A stretch of 64,000 nucleotides of DNA, taken from positions 64,095 to 128,094 of the forward strand of contig CAYYTU010000002.1 in NCBI GenBank assembly GCA_964474655.1, in the 5' to 3' direction. The notes under the pieces are model-generated. The model was not told the DNA's origin. It worked only from the letters and a program-made list of their open reading frames with translations, and searched no databases. This DNA is from an uncultured Anaerolineales bacterium (GTDB lineage: Bacteria; Chloroflexota; Anaerolineae; B4-G1). The translations under genes were made by a program, and so were the position numbers. This document shows, piece after piece, positions 54,094 through 63,421 of this stretch (within the stretch, counting starts at the first letter, position 1; every line of letters starts with the position of its first letter).

Positions 54094-54859
54094 CGCGTCT
54101 TCCTGCTCTCTCGCGTGAGGCGATCCGCCATACTGCAGAAAGGCCGATTCGGGCCATCAACGCCTCGTCAGCCAGCAGCTCGTCGGGGCTGCCGGCGAAC
54201 GCGGCCTGCCCGCCGTCCATCACCACCACGAAGGTGGCCCAACGTCGCACGACGTCCAGGTTATGCGTGGCCAGCATCAGCGTCTTGCCCCGCCGGTGCA
54301 AGCGATGGAAAATATCCAGGATACTCAAGCGCACCCACGGATCGAGATTCGCCAGCAGCTCGTCGGCGACGAGTACCTGCGGGTCCATCGCCAACACGCC
54401 GGCCAGGGCGACCCGCGCCTTCTCGCCGCCGCTGAGGGCGTGCGTGGGGCGCTCCAACAAGTCACTGATCTCGCACAACTGGGCCGCCATCTGCACCCGC
54501 CGACGCACCTCGCGCTCCTCCAGGCCCAGGTTGAGCGGGCCGAAGCTGATGTCCTGCCGCACGCTGGCGCTGAAGAGCTGGTCGTCGGGGTTCTGGAAGA
54601 CGATGCCCACCTGCTGACGGAGCCGACGCAGTGACCTGCGGTCGTATTCTACCACGCTTCCCTCGAAACACACGACGCCGGTCTGAGGCTGATAAAGCCC
54701 GTTGCAATGGAGAAAGACCGTCGATTTCCCCGACCCGTTCCGCCCGATGAAGGCGATCCGCTCGCCCGCGGGCAACGCCAGCGTGAAGCCGTGTAGCGCA
54801 AATGTCTCCTGCCCCGGGTAGCGGTAGTAGACATCTTCGAACGCCAATATGGGCGTCAT
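54083..54859 (-). CDS. cbiO: Cobalt ECF/ABC transporter ATP-binding protein.
   Basis: Walker A GRNGSGKST, ABC signature LSGGEKARV, Walker B LVADE. ATG (MTPILAF) at 54859. The tool's 5' extension to 55534 is spurious. Confidence 0.85.
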   Translation of the reverse strand: MTPILAFEDVYYRYPGQETFALHGFTLALPAGERIAFIGRNGSGKSTVFLHCNGLYQPQTGVVCFEGSVVEYDRRSLRRLRQQVGIVFQNPDDQLFSASVRQDISFGPLNLGLEEREVRRRVQMAAQLCEISDLLERPTHALSGGEKARVALAGVLAMDPQVLVADELLANLDPWVRLSILDIFHRLHRRGKTLMLATHNLDVVRRWATFVVVMDGGQAAFAGSPDELLADEALMARIGLSAVWRIASRERAGRRDER

Positions 54860-55632
54860 ACCGCCGTCCACGCCAGGAACTGACTGGCGACCACGGCCAC
54901 GCTCGCCAGCATCATCGTCGGATCGCGCCGGTAGCGCGAGGGAAGCACGCGCAGCTCGCGCTCGTAGCCGCGCGATTCCAGCGCCGTCTGCAGCTGCTGA
55001 CTGCGCTGGTAGGCGTCGATGAAGAGGCGGCTCGCCAGCAGGCCAGCGCTCCGAATGCCGCGCCGGAACGATCCGTAGCCCAATCGGCTCTCCTGGGCCG
55101 CCTGCATCCGCTCCAGGCTTTCCAGCAGGATGAAGATGAAGCGATACATCACCGTCATCAGATCGATCAGCAGCGGTGGCACGCCCAGGCGCCGAAAGAG
55201 ATCCACGATATCGACCAGGGGCGTCGTCAGGGCCAGGAAGTTCATCGCCGCCGTGCCGCCCAGCGTGCGCGTGATGAGCCGAAAGGCCAGCGCCAACGCC
55301 TCCATCGAGCTGGAGACCCAGAGCGGGCCGACGCGCCAGATCCAATCGCCCGCCGTCGGCGCCCGGGTGTTGATGCTGACGGCGACGCCGACCGTCGTCA
55401 GGAGCAGAAAAGCCGCCTCGGCCAGCAGGATGCGCCCGAAGACCTCGAACGGCAATCCCGCCAGCAGCGTCGCCAGGCCCCACATCCACGCCACGGCCAG
55501 CAACCCTACCACGGGCTCGTTTAGCGCCAGGCACAACAGCAGCACCACCATCGCCAGGCCCGCCTTGTGGGCCGGGTCGACGGAGCGGATGCGATTGGTG
55601 TACGCGTAACGGTCAATGATTTGCATAGCCAC
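54856..55632 (-). CDS. cbiQ: Cobalt ECF transporter transmembrane (T) component.
   Basis: Polytopic 258-aa protein with an EcfT-like pattern. Lies between cbiN and cbiO. Confidence 0.8.
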   Translation of the reverse strand: MAMQIIDRYAYTNRIRSVDPAHKAGLAMVVLLLCLALNEPVVGLLAVAWMWGLATLLAGLPFEVFGRILLAEAAFLLLTTVGVAVSINTRAPTAGDWIWRVGPLWVSSSMEALALAFRLITRTLGGTAAMNFLALTTPLVDIVDLFRRLGVPPLLIDLMTVMYRFIFILLESLERMQAAQESRLGYGSFRRGIRSAGLLASRLFIDAYQRSQQLQTALESRGYERELRVLPSRYRRDPTMMLASVAVVASQFLAWTAV

Positions 55633-55709
55633 CTCGGCAGATGAGTGGGCAAAGCGGGCAACGGACGCTTTCGCCGACGCCCATCGCCCGCTTGCCCGAA
55701 GCGATCACG

Positions 55710-56006
55710 TCAGCTCTGAGACTCGCGGTGATCGCTTCGCTTCAGCCCAAAGAAATAGCCGATCACGCCGGCCCCCAGCGCCGCCTGGAGCCCGAACAGC
55801 AGGCTCTCGGTCTCGCCGCCCGGCGGTTCCCAGATGGGATCGAACCAGGGCTCGGTTTCGGGGGCAACCTCGGTAATCGTCTCCTCGGCCATACCGTCCG
55901 CCCCGCCGAACTCCGATTCCGGGTTCAGGAAGAGCGGCACAATCGCCAGCACCACGACCAGCGCCAACAGCAACCACGTCGTGCCACCTTGTTTTCTCTC
56001 TGTCAT
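55710..56006 (-). CDS. cbiN: Cobalt transport protein CbiN.
   Basis: 98 aa with two TM helices. Immediately downstream of cbiM. Confidence 0.75.
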   Translation of the reverse strand: MTERKQGGTTWLLLALVVVLAIVPLFLNPESEFGGADGMAEETITEVAPETEPWFDPIWEPPGGETESLLFGLQAALGAGVIGYFFGLKRSDHRESQS

Positions 56007-56007
56007 C

Positions 56008-56769
56008 TTACACCTCCACGCCCAAAACCTGCATCTCCGCCGGTGCGTTGCTGCGGAGCGCGTTGAAGATCACGACCGTCAGCAGCCCCTCGCTGATCGC
56101 CAGGGGGACCTGCGTGACGGCGAAGACGGCCCCGAACTTGAGGAACGAGGCCATAAAGCCGCCCGTCGGGTCGGGATAGGCCAGCGCCAGCTGCACCGAG
56201 GTCACGACGTAAGTGGCCCAGTCGGCGAAGGCCGCGGCCAGGAACACCGCCACGCCGCGGGGTAGATTCCCCTTCAGCGCACGCCAGATCGCCGCGGCGA
56301 CCAGCGGTCCGGCGATGGCCATACTGAACGCGTTGGCGCCCAACGTCGTCAGGCCGCCGTGGGCCAGCAGGAGCGCCTGGAACAACAGCACGATGGAGCC
56401 CAGCACGCTCATAATCGTCGGCCCGAAGAGCACGGCTCCCAGCCCGGTGCCGGTGGGATGACTGCTGGAACCGGTGACGCTGGGGATCTTCAGTGCGCTG
56501 AGCACGAAGGCGAAGGCCCCGCTGAGCGCCAGCAGCAGCCGCGATTCCGGCTTCTCAGCCACCGTGCGGCGCAGGCGGATGAAGCCCACTACCCAGAACG
56601 GGATCGTCACCGCGAACCAGAAGATGGCCCAGCCCGGCGGCAGATACCCTTCCATAATGTGCATTTCTGGTGGGGCAGCGACCGTGCGAGCCCAGGCCAC
56701 GCGCACCCCGGCCAGCAACAGCGCCGCAAGGCCCACCAGACACCAACGCGTCATCCGTTTCTTTGACAT
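56008..56769 (-). CDS. cbiM: Cobalt transport substrate-capture component CbiM.
   Basis: Signal peptide, then the CbiM N-terminal motif MHIMEGYLP and seven TM helices. AAGGAGAG lies upstream. Confidence 0.85.
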   Translation of the reverse strand: MSKKRMTRWCLVGLAALLLAGVRVAWARTVAAPPEMHIMEGYLPPGWAIFWFAVTIPFWVVGFIRLRRTVAEKPESRLLLALSGAFAFVLSALKIPSVTGSSSHPTGTGLGAVLFGPTIMSVLGSIVLLFQALLLAHGGLTTLGANAFSMAIAGPLVAAAIWRALKGNLPRGVAVFLAAAFADWATYVVTSVQLALAYPDPTGGFMASFLKFGAVFAVTQVPLAISEGLLTVVIFNALRSNAPAEMQVLGVEV

Positions 56770-57052
56770 TGTTTCTCTCCTTTACCTTGATCTTGTGAGT
56801 ACACTTTGCAGTTGCGTGGCGCTCACGAGCCAGGTTGCGCACCGGCTCCGAGCGTCACGTCCGAACCATCCTTGAGATAGAGCGATGCGTGCCCTCTACG
56901 ATCCATCAGGGCAGCGCACCCAACGCTGCATAGACGATCACCTCCTCGATACACGATGAACGCGCAGCAGGGCAGGATATGACCGTCTCGTCGCCGTGCA
57001 GCGTCTCTCAGGACAGCCCGACCGTCTTCATAATCGAGATGATCGAGCGGAG

Positions 57053-57095
57053 AAACAGAAACCCCTTGCCAGTTCGATGCTCGGCAAGGGGCAGG
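57053..57095 (-). terminator. Intrinsic terminator hairpin forming the expression platform of the cobalamin riboswitch.
   Basis: Minus-sense hairpin CCCCTTGCC-gagcatcgaact-GGCAAGGGG followed by TTTCTGTTTCT. Confidence 0.55.
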
Positions 57096-57099
57096 CGCA

Positions 57100-57275
57100 A
57101 GAATCTCGGCTGCTCCCACTCCCTTCCGCGAGGATGTGTGGAGCCGATGGCGGCGGGCGATCTGACTTCCTGGTCGAGCCAGGTTACAGCTGCGGGACAA
57201 CGCCGGACTCTCACCGGCTTCGCCGTTGCCACCCGGGCCATCCGGAGCCGCGGGTACCGCCATCGCTCGTTTCAA
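57100..57275 (-). ncRNA. Probable cobalamin (B12) riboswitch aptamer upstream of cbiMNQO.
   Basis: Minus-sense sequence contains GGTGAGAGTCCGG (consensus GGTGAAAATCC), CCCGCAGCTGTAA (consensus CCCGCAACTGTAA) and a B12-box-like AGTCAGATCGCCCGCC. Upstream of a cobalt transporter is the classical position. Confidence 0.6.
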
Positions 57276-57299
57276 TTGTCAACGTCAGTAAACCAGTAG

Positions 57300-57490
57300 G
57301 ACGGGATTGCTAACTGACTGGACTTTGGACAAATCTTGTTTGAACCTTCCCGAAAGCTTTCCAGTGTGATGAAACTGGCTGAGAATTGCTTGAAAGTGGG
57401 CCTTTCTGACCTTTTAGGCTGTTCTTTTCAGCTTTCGGGAAGGTTGTTGGCGAAAATCTGAGCTTTATCCAAAGTCCAGTAACTGACTAC
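57300..57490. repeat. About 190-bp lower-GC imperfect inverted-repeat element. A candidate MITE or structured RNA.
   Basis: Outer arms CTGGACTTTGGA (57318..57329) and TCCAAAGTCCAG (57469..57480). Inner arms ACCTTCCCGAAAGC (57344..57357) and GCTTTCGGGAAGGT (57431..57444). The 73-nt centre carries three short hairpins. Confidence 0.5.
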
Positions 57491-58893
57491 TATCGTCGGT
57501 CTTGGCCTTCCCGCCAGCGCACGCAGGCCTGGACGAAGTTGGGCGCCAGCACGGACGAGGACCCGAAGTGCAAATGAACGTAGGAGGCCAGCAGGTTGCC
57601 GACTGCGAAGCCCTCCTGGCGCATCTCCTCCCCGCGCCGAGGCACAATCTCGTATGCGTAGGGCAGCTCGGCTGGGCGCTCCACCCAGTCCGAATAGTGG
57701 AACTCGTGCCCGCGGGTCCGCTCGCCCCGATCCAGAAGCAGCGTATCGCGTCGCGCCGTCACCTGCCGGTAGCCCATCCGCAGCCGCTCCCGCATCCGCG
57801 AGCGACCGGGCACCACGCCGACCATCGGGTACGTCCGTCCCTCCAGGTCCGTGATGCTCTCGGTCAGCACCATCAGCCCGCCACATTCGGCGTAGATCGG
57901 CATGCCGGCCTCGTGCGCCGCGCGGATGGCCGCCAGCAGCGGCTCGTTGCGGGCCAATCGCGCCGCGTAGAGCTCCGGATACCCGCCGCCCAGGTAAAGC
58001 CCGGCCACGTCCGCTGGCAGGCGATCATCATTCAGCGGGCTGAACGCCACGATCTCGGCCCCAGCCGCCCGCAGCAAATCAAGGTTGTCCTCGTAGTAAA
58101 AGCAGAACGCCTCGTCACGTGCCACGGCCAGTCGCACCAGCGCGTCCGGCGCCGCGGCCGGGGGCGAGAGCGCTCCTCCGCCCGCCAGTGGCCCGACGTC
58201 GCCGGCGATAGCCCACAATCGCGCCAGATCGACGTGCCGCGTCACCAGCGCGGCCGCGTGCTCCAAGAACGCTTCGACCTCGACCGCGCGCTCGACGGCG
58301 GTGTGCAACCCCAGATGCCGCTCCGGGATCACGATCTCGGGCGACTTCGGCAGGCAGCCCAGCACCGGCAGCCCCACCCCCTCGACGGCCTCAGTCACCC
58401 AACGCGCGTGCCGCTCGCTGCCCACCTGATTGCAGATCACGCCGGCGACGTTCAGCGCGGGATCGAAGTCGCGGTATCCCAGGGCCATCGCCCCGGCGCT
58501 GCGCGCCATCTTGCCCACGTCCAGCACCAGGATCACCGGTGCGCCGAGCAGCTTGGCGACCTCGGCGGTGCTGCCGCTTTCCGTAGTGGCGCCGTGCCCG
58601 TCGAACAGCCCCATCACGCCCTCGACGACGGCGATGTCGGCGTCGGAGGCCGCGCGGACGACGGTGACTTGCACCTGCGCCTGAGGGACCATCCACGTAT
58701 CGAGGTTGCGCGAGGGCCGTCCGGTGGCCTGGGTGTGATACATCGGATCGATGTAGTCGGGGCCGACCTTGAAGCCCTGCACGACGTGGTCGCGGGCGAG
58801 CGCCGCCATCAGCCCGGTGGCGACGGTGCTCTTGCCGCTGCCGCTGGCCGGCGCCGCGATCACCAGCCGCGGCACGTCGATGCGCTCGCTCAC
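57490..58893 (-). CDS. cbiA: Cobyrinic acid a,c-diamide synthase.
   Basis: N-terminal P-loop APASGSGKST and a C-terminal GATase domain with YAECGGLMVL. Confidence 0.85.
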   Translation of the reverse strand: MSERIDVPRLVIAAPASGSGKSTVATGLMAALARDHVVQGFKVGPDYIDPMYHTQATGRPSRNLDTWMVPQAQVQVTVVRAASDADIAVVEGVMGLFDGHGATTESGSTAEVAKLLGAPVILVLDVGKMARSAGAMALGYRDFDPALNVAGVICNQVGSERHARWVTEAVEGVGLPVLGCLPKSPEIVIPERHLGLHTAVERAVEVEAFLEHAAALVTRHVDLARLWAIAGDVGPLAGGGALSPPAAAPDALVRLAVARDEAFCFYYEDNLDLLRAAGAEIVAFSPLNDDRLPADVAGLYLGGGYPELYAARLARNEPLLAAIRAAHEAGMPIYAECGGLMVLTESITDLEGRTYPMVGVVPGRSRMRERLRMGYRQVTARRDTLLLDRGERTRGHEFHYSDWVERPAELPYAYEIVPRRGEEMRQEGFAVGNLLASYVHLHFGSSSVLAPNFVQACVRWREGQDRR

Positions 58894-59639
58894 GTTGGCC
58901 TCCCATCGCGCCCGCCGCGCACAATCAGCAGCGAAAGGTAGTGAATCGCCGCCCCGCGCAGCGTGCGCACGTCTCGCACCACGCGCCCCGCCTCGTGCGA
59001 GGCACGTTCGATCAGCACCGCCTCGTCGAGCAGACGCATCGCCGCCAACAGATCAAGCAGCTGGTCGAGCACGCGATGGACCTTGAGCAGCACCACCGTG
59101 TCAAAGTCACGCAGCACGCGCCGCAGCTCGTCCATCGCCTCGAACGTGGCTGGCATCAGCGCCAGCCGTTGATCGCCGTTCACCAGCGGGACCGGGACCT
59201 GAGCCGCCGCCGCCATCACCGAGCTGACCCCCGGCACGACCGTCACCGGCAGCTCCTCCGGCAGATGACGCAGCACGTAGATGAAGGTACTGTGGAGCAG
59301 CGGATCGCCCTCGGTGAGGAACGCGACGTCGTGCCCGGCGCGTAACGTCTCGGCCACCGCTCGCGCCGCCGCGCGCCGATGCAGCTCCCGCGCCTCGACG
59401 CTCCGGATCATCGGGAAGTGGAGGCGCAATACCTCCGGGCGAGCCCCCGGCTCAGCACGCAGCAACGGCTCAGCGATGGTCAGCGCGTAGCTATCGCCGT
59501 CCTTCTGCGCCACCGGCACGGCCAGCACGTCCACCTCGCGCACCACCCGGGCCGCCTTGAGCGTCATCAGCTCGGGATCGCCCGGCCCGACGCCCAGGCC
59601 GTAAAGGGTGCCCGGCGTCGATGTGTCACGAGCGGTCAT
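58890..59639 (-). CDS. cbiL: Cobalt-factor-2 / precorrin-2 C20-methyltransferase.
   Basis: Tetrapyrrole methylase motifs LYGLGVGPGDPELMT and VAFLTEGDPLLHS. Confidence 0.85.
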   Translation of the reverse strand: MTARDTSTPGTLYGLGVGPGDPELMTLKAARVVREVDVLAVPVAQKDGDSYALTIAEPLLRAEPGARPEVLRLHFPMIRSVEARELHRRAAARAVAETLRAGHDVAFLTEGDPLLHSTFIYVLRHLPEELPVTVVPGVSSVMAAAAQVPVPLVNGDQRLALMPATFEAMDELRRVLRDFDTVVLLKVHRVLDQLLDLLAAMRLLDEAVLIERASHEAGRVVRDVRTLRGAAIHYLSLLIVRGGRDGRPT

Positions 59640-60849
59640 TGGTTACCTTCCCCTTCAGGATAAACACCGGATTGAGCGGCGCCAGGCGCGTGCGTCCGGC
59701 GATGGCTCGCCCGTGCGCTACGCTCACCTGCGAGACCTGTGGCGCCCAGCCCAGCGCGTCCATCACGCCCATCGCCTGGTGCAGATTCTCCAACGTCGCC
59801 AGGTTCATCACGACCCGACAGCCGGGGCGCGCCACGTCGTCAACGTAGTTCAGGATCGGCTCCAACACACCCCCGGTGCCGCCTACGAAGACGGCCGACG
59901 GGCGCGACAGGTCCTCCAGCGCCGCCGGCGCCCGGCCCGCCACCACGGCGACGTTGAGTGCGCCGAAGCGGGCGACGTTCTCCCGGATGTAGCCCAGGTT
60001 CTCCGCATCTTTCTCGACGGCGAAGACCCGACCGCGCCAGGCGAGCTGGGCCATCTCGATGCTCACCGCGCCGCTTCCGGCGCCCACGTCCCAGACCGTG
60101 TCCGTCTCGCTCAGCGCCAGGCGCGTCAGGCTCAAGGCGCGGACGTCGGCCTTGGTGATCAATCCGCCGCGATGGGCGTAGGCCGCGTCGGGCCGCGGGG
60201 CGATGATCGGCTGCGGTCGCCAATTCGCGTCGCGAATCAGGAGCAGCACGTTCAACGGCGCGAACGACGAGCCGGGCAGGGCCGCCAGGCGCGTATCGAC
60301 GATGCGCTCGTCGGAGCAGCCCAGGTTTTCGGCCACGATGGCCCGGCAATCGCCTGTGCCAGCCTCCAGCAGCGCCTCCGCGATGACTGACGGTGTGTGC
60401 TCACGATCAGTGAGGATACCAAGCTTGGGCGCTCGCCGGGCCCAGCCGACCACCTCGGCCAGCGGGCGGGCGTGCGCGCTGGTGAAGATCGCATCGCTCC
60501 AACCGAGCCCAGCGCGGGCGAACGCCAGCTGCAGCGCGCCGACGTGCGGCACGATCTCCAGCGTGTCCGGCGGGAGATAGCGCAACAGGGTCTCGGCGAT
60601 GCCGTAGAACCCGGGATCGCCGGACGCCAGCACCACGGTCCGGGCCTCGCCGCGCTGGCGCAGCCGCTCGATCAGCGCCGGGATGTTCGCCCCGATGGTT
60701 ACCTTCTCGGCCGGATGATCGGGCCAGTGGGCCAGCAGCCGATCCCCGCCGATCAGCAGCTCGGCCCGCGCGATGCGCTCCCGCAGCTCGGGCGTGAGTC
60801 CGGCGGGGCCGTCGCCCCCCACGCCGATCACCAGCACCGGATCGCTCAT
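59626..60849 (-). CDS. cbiET: Precorrin-6Y C5,15-methyltransferase (decarboxylating), fused CbiE/CbiT.
   Basis: N-terminal tetrapyrrole-methylase fold VLVIGVGGDGPAGLT and VVLASGDPGFYG. C-terminal SAM-methyltransferase VWDVGAGSGAVSIE. Confidence 0.85.
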   Translation of the reverse strand: MSDPVLVIGVGGDGPAGLTPELRERIARAELLIGGDRLLAHWPDHPAEKVTIGANIPALIERLRQRGEARTVVLASGDPGFYGIAETLLRYLPPDTLEIVPHVGALQLAFARAGLGWSDAIFTSAHARPLAEVVGWARRAPKLGILTDREHTPSVIAEALLEAGTGDCRAIVAENLGCSDERIVDTRLAALPGSSFAPLNVLLLIRDANWRPQPIIAPRPDAAYAHRGGLITKADVRALSLTRLALSETDTVWDVGAGSGAVSIEMAQLAWRGRVFAVEKDAENLGYIRENVARFGALNVAVVAGRAPAALEDLSRPSAVFVGGTGGVLEPILNYVDDVARPGCRVVMNLATLENLHQAMGVMDALGWAPQVSQVSVAHGRAIAGRTRLAPLNPVFILKGKVTNDRS

Positions 60850-61982
60850 AGTGTGCCCTCCTTGCTTCCGATCGCCAGCAGGTCGCCGCCGATGTCGAAG
60901 AGCAGCACCTCGACGTCGAACGCGCCGTCGACCCAGGCATAGGCCCGCTCGGCCGCCAGCTGCGCCAGTCGCTCCTCCAGGCCGGCGATGCCGGCCTCGC
61001 GTAGCAGCATCTGGACGTGGCGAGCGGTGTTCGCCCGACCGATCCGGGCCAGCAGCGGCGCGTCGACGTCCAGCTGCTCGACCAGCCCGGTCAGGAAGTC
61101 GAAATCGACCCCGCCCTCGCTGACGTGGGTCTGCATCCGCCCCTGGGCCAGCTTGGAGAGCTTGCCCACCATCCCGGCCACGACCACCATCGGGAACCCC
61201 AGCCGCCGCGCCTTACGGAGCGCGTAGCCCATATGATCCCCCACCTGCACGAAGCCAAGCGCGGGCCAATCGGCGTGATGGGCCATTGCATACTCCTCGC
61301 TGCGGCTCCCGGTGGTCAGCACGGCGTGGCGCAGGCCATCCTCGGCGGCCACGTTCAGCTCGAAGTAGATGCTGGCCCGATAGGCCGCCTTCGAGAACGG
61401 CTTGACGATCCCCGTCGTGCCCAGGATCGAGATACCGCCCACGATGCCCAGCCGCGGGTTGAGCGTCTCCTGGGCGATAGCCTCGCCGCCGGGCACCGTG
61501 ATGGTGACCTGGAGCCCCTCCCCGCGCCCGGAGCGGCCCCGGTGCTCGTCGACCTCGTCAGTCACGGCCTCGGTGATCAGCCGGCGCGGGACGGGGTTGA
61601 TGGCCGGCTGGCCGATCTCGACCGGGAGCCCCGGCTTGGTGACGACGCCGACACCCTCGCCGCCAAGCAGCGTCACGCCAGGCTCGTCAGTCCATTCGAC
61701 CGTGGCCTGGATCTCGGTGTCGTCGGTGACGTCGGGATCGTCGCCGGCGTCTTTGATCGTGCCACAGGTCACGCGATCCGCCGAACGCTCGCAGCGCGTC
61801 ATCTGGAACGTGACGCCGCTCTCCCCCGGCAGGTCGATGGTGACCTGACGCACGGCCCGCTCGCCGACGAGCGCCCGGGTCGCCGCCGCCGCGGCCGCCG
61901 TCGCGCAGGCGCCGGTGGTGTAGCCGTGCCGTAAGTTCGGCCGACGGTGATGGCGTCGTGGCTTACGCGCGTGAGCCGTCAT
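60846..61982 (-). CDS. cbiD: Cobalt-precorrin-5B C1-methyltransferase.
   Basis: CbiD motifs GYTTGACATAAA and ILGTTGIVKPFS. ATG (MTAHARK) at 61982. The tool's 5' extension is spurious. Confidence 0.85.
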   Translation of the reverse strand: MTAHARKPRRHHRRPNLRHGYTTGACATAAAAAATRALVGERAVRQVTIDLPGESGVTFQMTRCERSADRVTCGTIKDAGDDPDVTDDTEIQATVEWTDEPGVTLLGGEGVGVVTKPGLPVEIGQPAINPVPRRLITEAVTDEVDEHRGRSGRGEGLQVTITVPGGEAIAQETLNPRLGIVGGISILGTTGIVKPFSKAAYRASIYFELNVAAEDGLRHAVLTTGSRSEEYAMAHHADWPALGFVQVGDHMGYALRKARRLGFPMVVVAGMVGKLSKLAQGRMQTHVSEGGVDFDFLTGLVEQLDVDAPLLARIGRANTARHVQMLLREAGIAGLEERLAQLAAERAYAWVDGAFDVEVLLFDIGGDLLAIGSKEGTL

Positions 61983-62613
61983 CGTCCCCTTCCGCCAGCC
62001 GCAGCAGCGCGTTGACAATCGAAGCCGCCACCGTTGAGCCGCCCTTGCGACCGACCGCCGTGATCGTCGGCACGTCAACGTCTAAGTCTAGCAGCGCATC
62101 CTTCGATTCGACAGCGTTGACGAAGCCGACCGGCACGCCGACGATCAGCGCCGGGCGCACGTCCTCCTCTTGCACCAGGCGGATCACCTCCAGCAGCGCT
62201 GTGGGCGCGTTGCCAATCGCCACGATGCCGCCGTCGATGACCTCGACGTTGCGCCGCATCGCCAGCGTCGAGCGCGTGACGCCCAGCGCCGCGGCCTGCT
62301 CGCGCACCTCGGGGTGAGCGATGTCGCACGCCGTCCGCCCGCCCAGCGCGGCAAGTCGCCGCGAGGAGATGCCCACCTCGACCATCCGCACGTCGGTGAC
62401 GACCGTGCAACCGCGCCGCAGCGCCGTCACGCCCGCCTCTACCGCCTGGGGATGGAAGCGCAGCGTATCCTGGAAATCGAAGTCAGCCGTGGCGTGGATC
62501 ACGCGCACCGCCACCGCCAGCTCGCCCGCGGAAAAATCGTGGGCGTCCATCTCGTCGAGCACGATGTGAAAGCTCTCCCGCTCAATCTCGTGTGGTAACA
62601 CGTTACCTCTCAT
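61963..62613 (-). CDS. cbiC: Cobalt-precorrin-8 methylmutase.
   Basis: CbiC/CobH motifs IHATADFDF and VAIGNAPTAL. Confidence 0.85.
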   Translation of the reverse strand: MRGNVLPHEIERESFHIVLDEMDAHDFSAGELAVAVRVIHATADFDFQDTLRFHPQAVEAGVTALRRGCTVVTDVRMVEVGISSRRLAALGGRTACDIAHPEVREQAAALGVTRSTLAMRRNVEVIDGGIVAIGNAPTALLEVIRLVQEEDVRPALIVGVPVGFVNAVESKDALLDLDVDVPTITAVGRKGGSTVAASIVNALLRLAEGDDDGSRA

Positions 62614-62665
62614 TGCTCTAGGCGGACGTCCGTCCGCGCCTTAACCTCTGCCGCCAGCCAAAGGG

Positions 62666-63421
62666 CTACTCACCGTCCAGGGCATACTTACGATCGTACC
62701 CCCGCGGCGTCACCATCTTCCCATCGTGGACGAACGTGCGGCTGTTGCCCACGACGACCAGCGTCAGCATATCGACGTCAGCCTGGGGCAGCTCGGCCAG
62801 TCTGATGAGCTCGACTCGCTGACCGGCGCGATAGGCCGCTCGCACGATGCCCACCGGCGTCTCCGGCGCGCGGTGCTGCGCCAGCACCTCACAGGCCCGT
62901 TCGAAGGGCTCAGTCCGGCGGCGGCCCTTGGGGTTATAGAGGCAGACCACGAAGTCGGCCTGGGCCGCCAGAACGAGCCGCCGCAGAATCGTCTCCCGCG
63001 GGATCAGGTGATCGCTGAGGCTGACGACGGCGAAGTCGGTCATCAGCGGCGCGCCCAGCAGCGAGGCCGCCGCGTTCAGCGCCGAGACGCCGGGCACGAC
63101 CTCGACCGACACGTCCTCGTCGCGCTCCCGCAACACCTCGTAGACCAGGCCTGCCATCCCGTAGACCCCGGCGTCGCCGCTGGAGACCAGGGCCACGCGC
63201 TGCCCCGAGCGTGCCAGCTCGACGGCGCGGTGGACGCGTTCGACTTCCTGGCCCATCCCGCTCGCTTCGCGCGGGACGCCCGGTGCCAGCGCCTCGATCA
63301 GCTCCAGGTACGTCCTGTAACCCAGGATCACGTCGGCGTGCTCGATGGCCTGCCGCGCCGCCGCCGTCATCTGCGCCGTCGCCCCCGGCCCGAGCCCCAC
63401 CACAGTGATGGCGCCGCTCAT
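62666..63421 (-). CDS. cbiH: Cobalt-factor III / precorrin-3B C17-methyltransferase.
   Basis: Methylase motifs ITVVGLGPG and VALVSSGDAGVYGM. Confidence 0.85.
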   Translation of the reverse strand: MSGAITVVGLGPGATAQMTAAARQAIEHADVILGYRTYLELIEALAPGVPREASGMGQEVERVHRAVELARSGQRVALVSSGDAGVYGMAGLVYEVLRERDEDVSVEVVPGVSALNAAASLLGAPLMTDFAVVSLSDHLIPRETILRRLVLAAQADFVVCLYNPKGRRRTEPFERACEVLAQHRAPETPVGIVRAAYRAGQRVELIRLAELPQADVDMLTLVVVGNSRTFVHDGKMVTPRGYDRKYALDGE

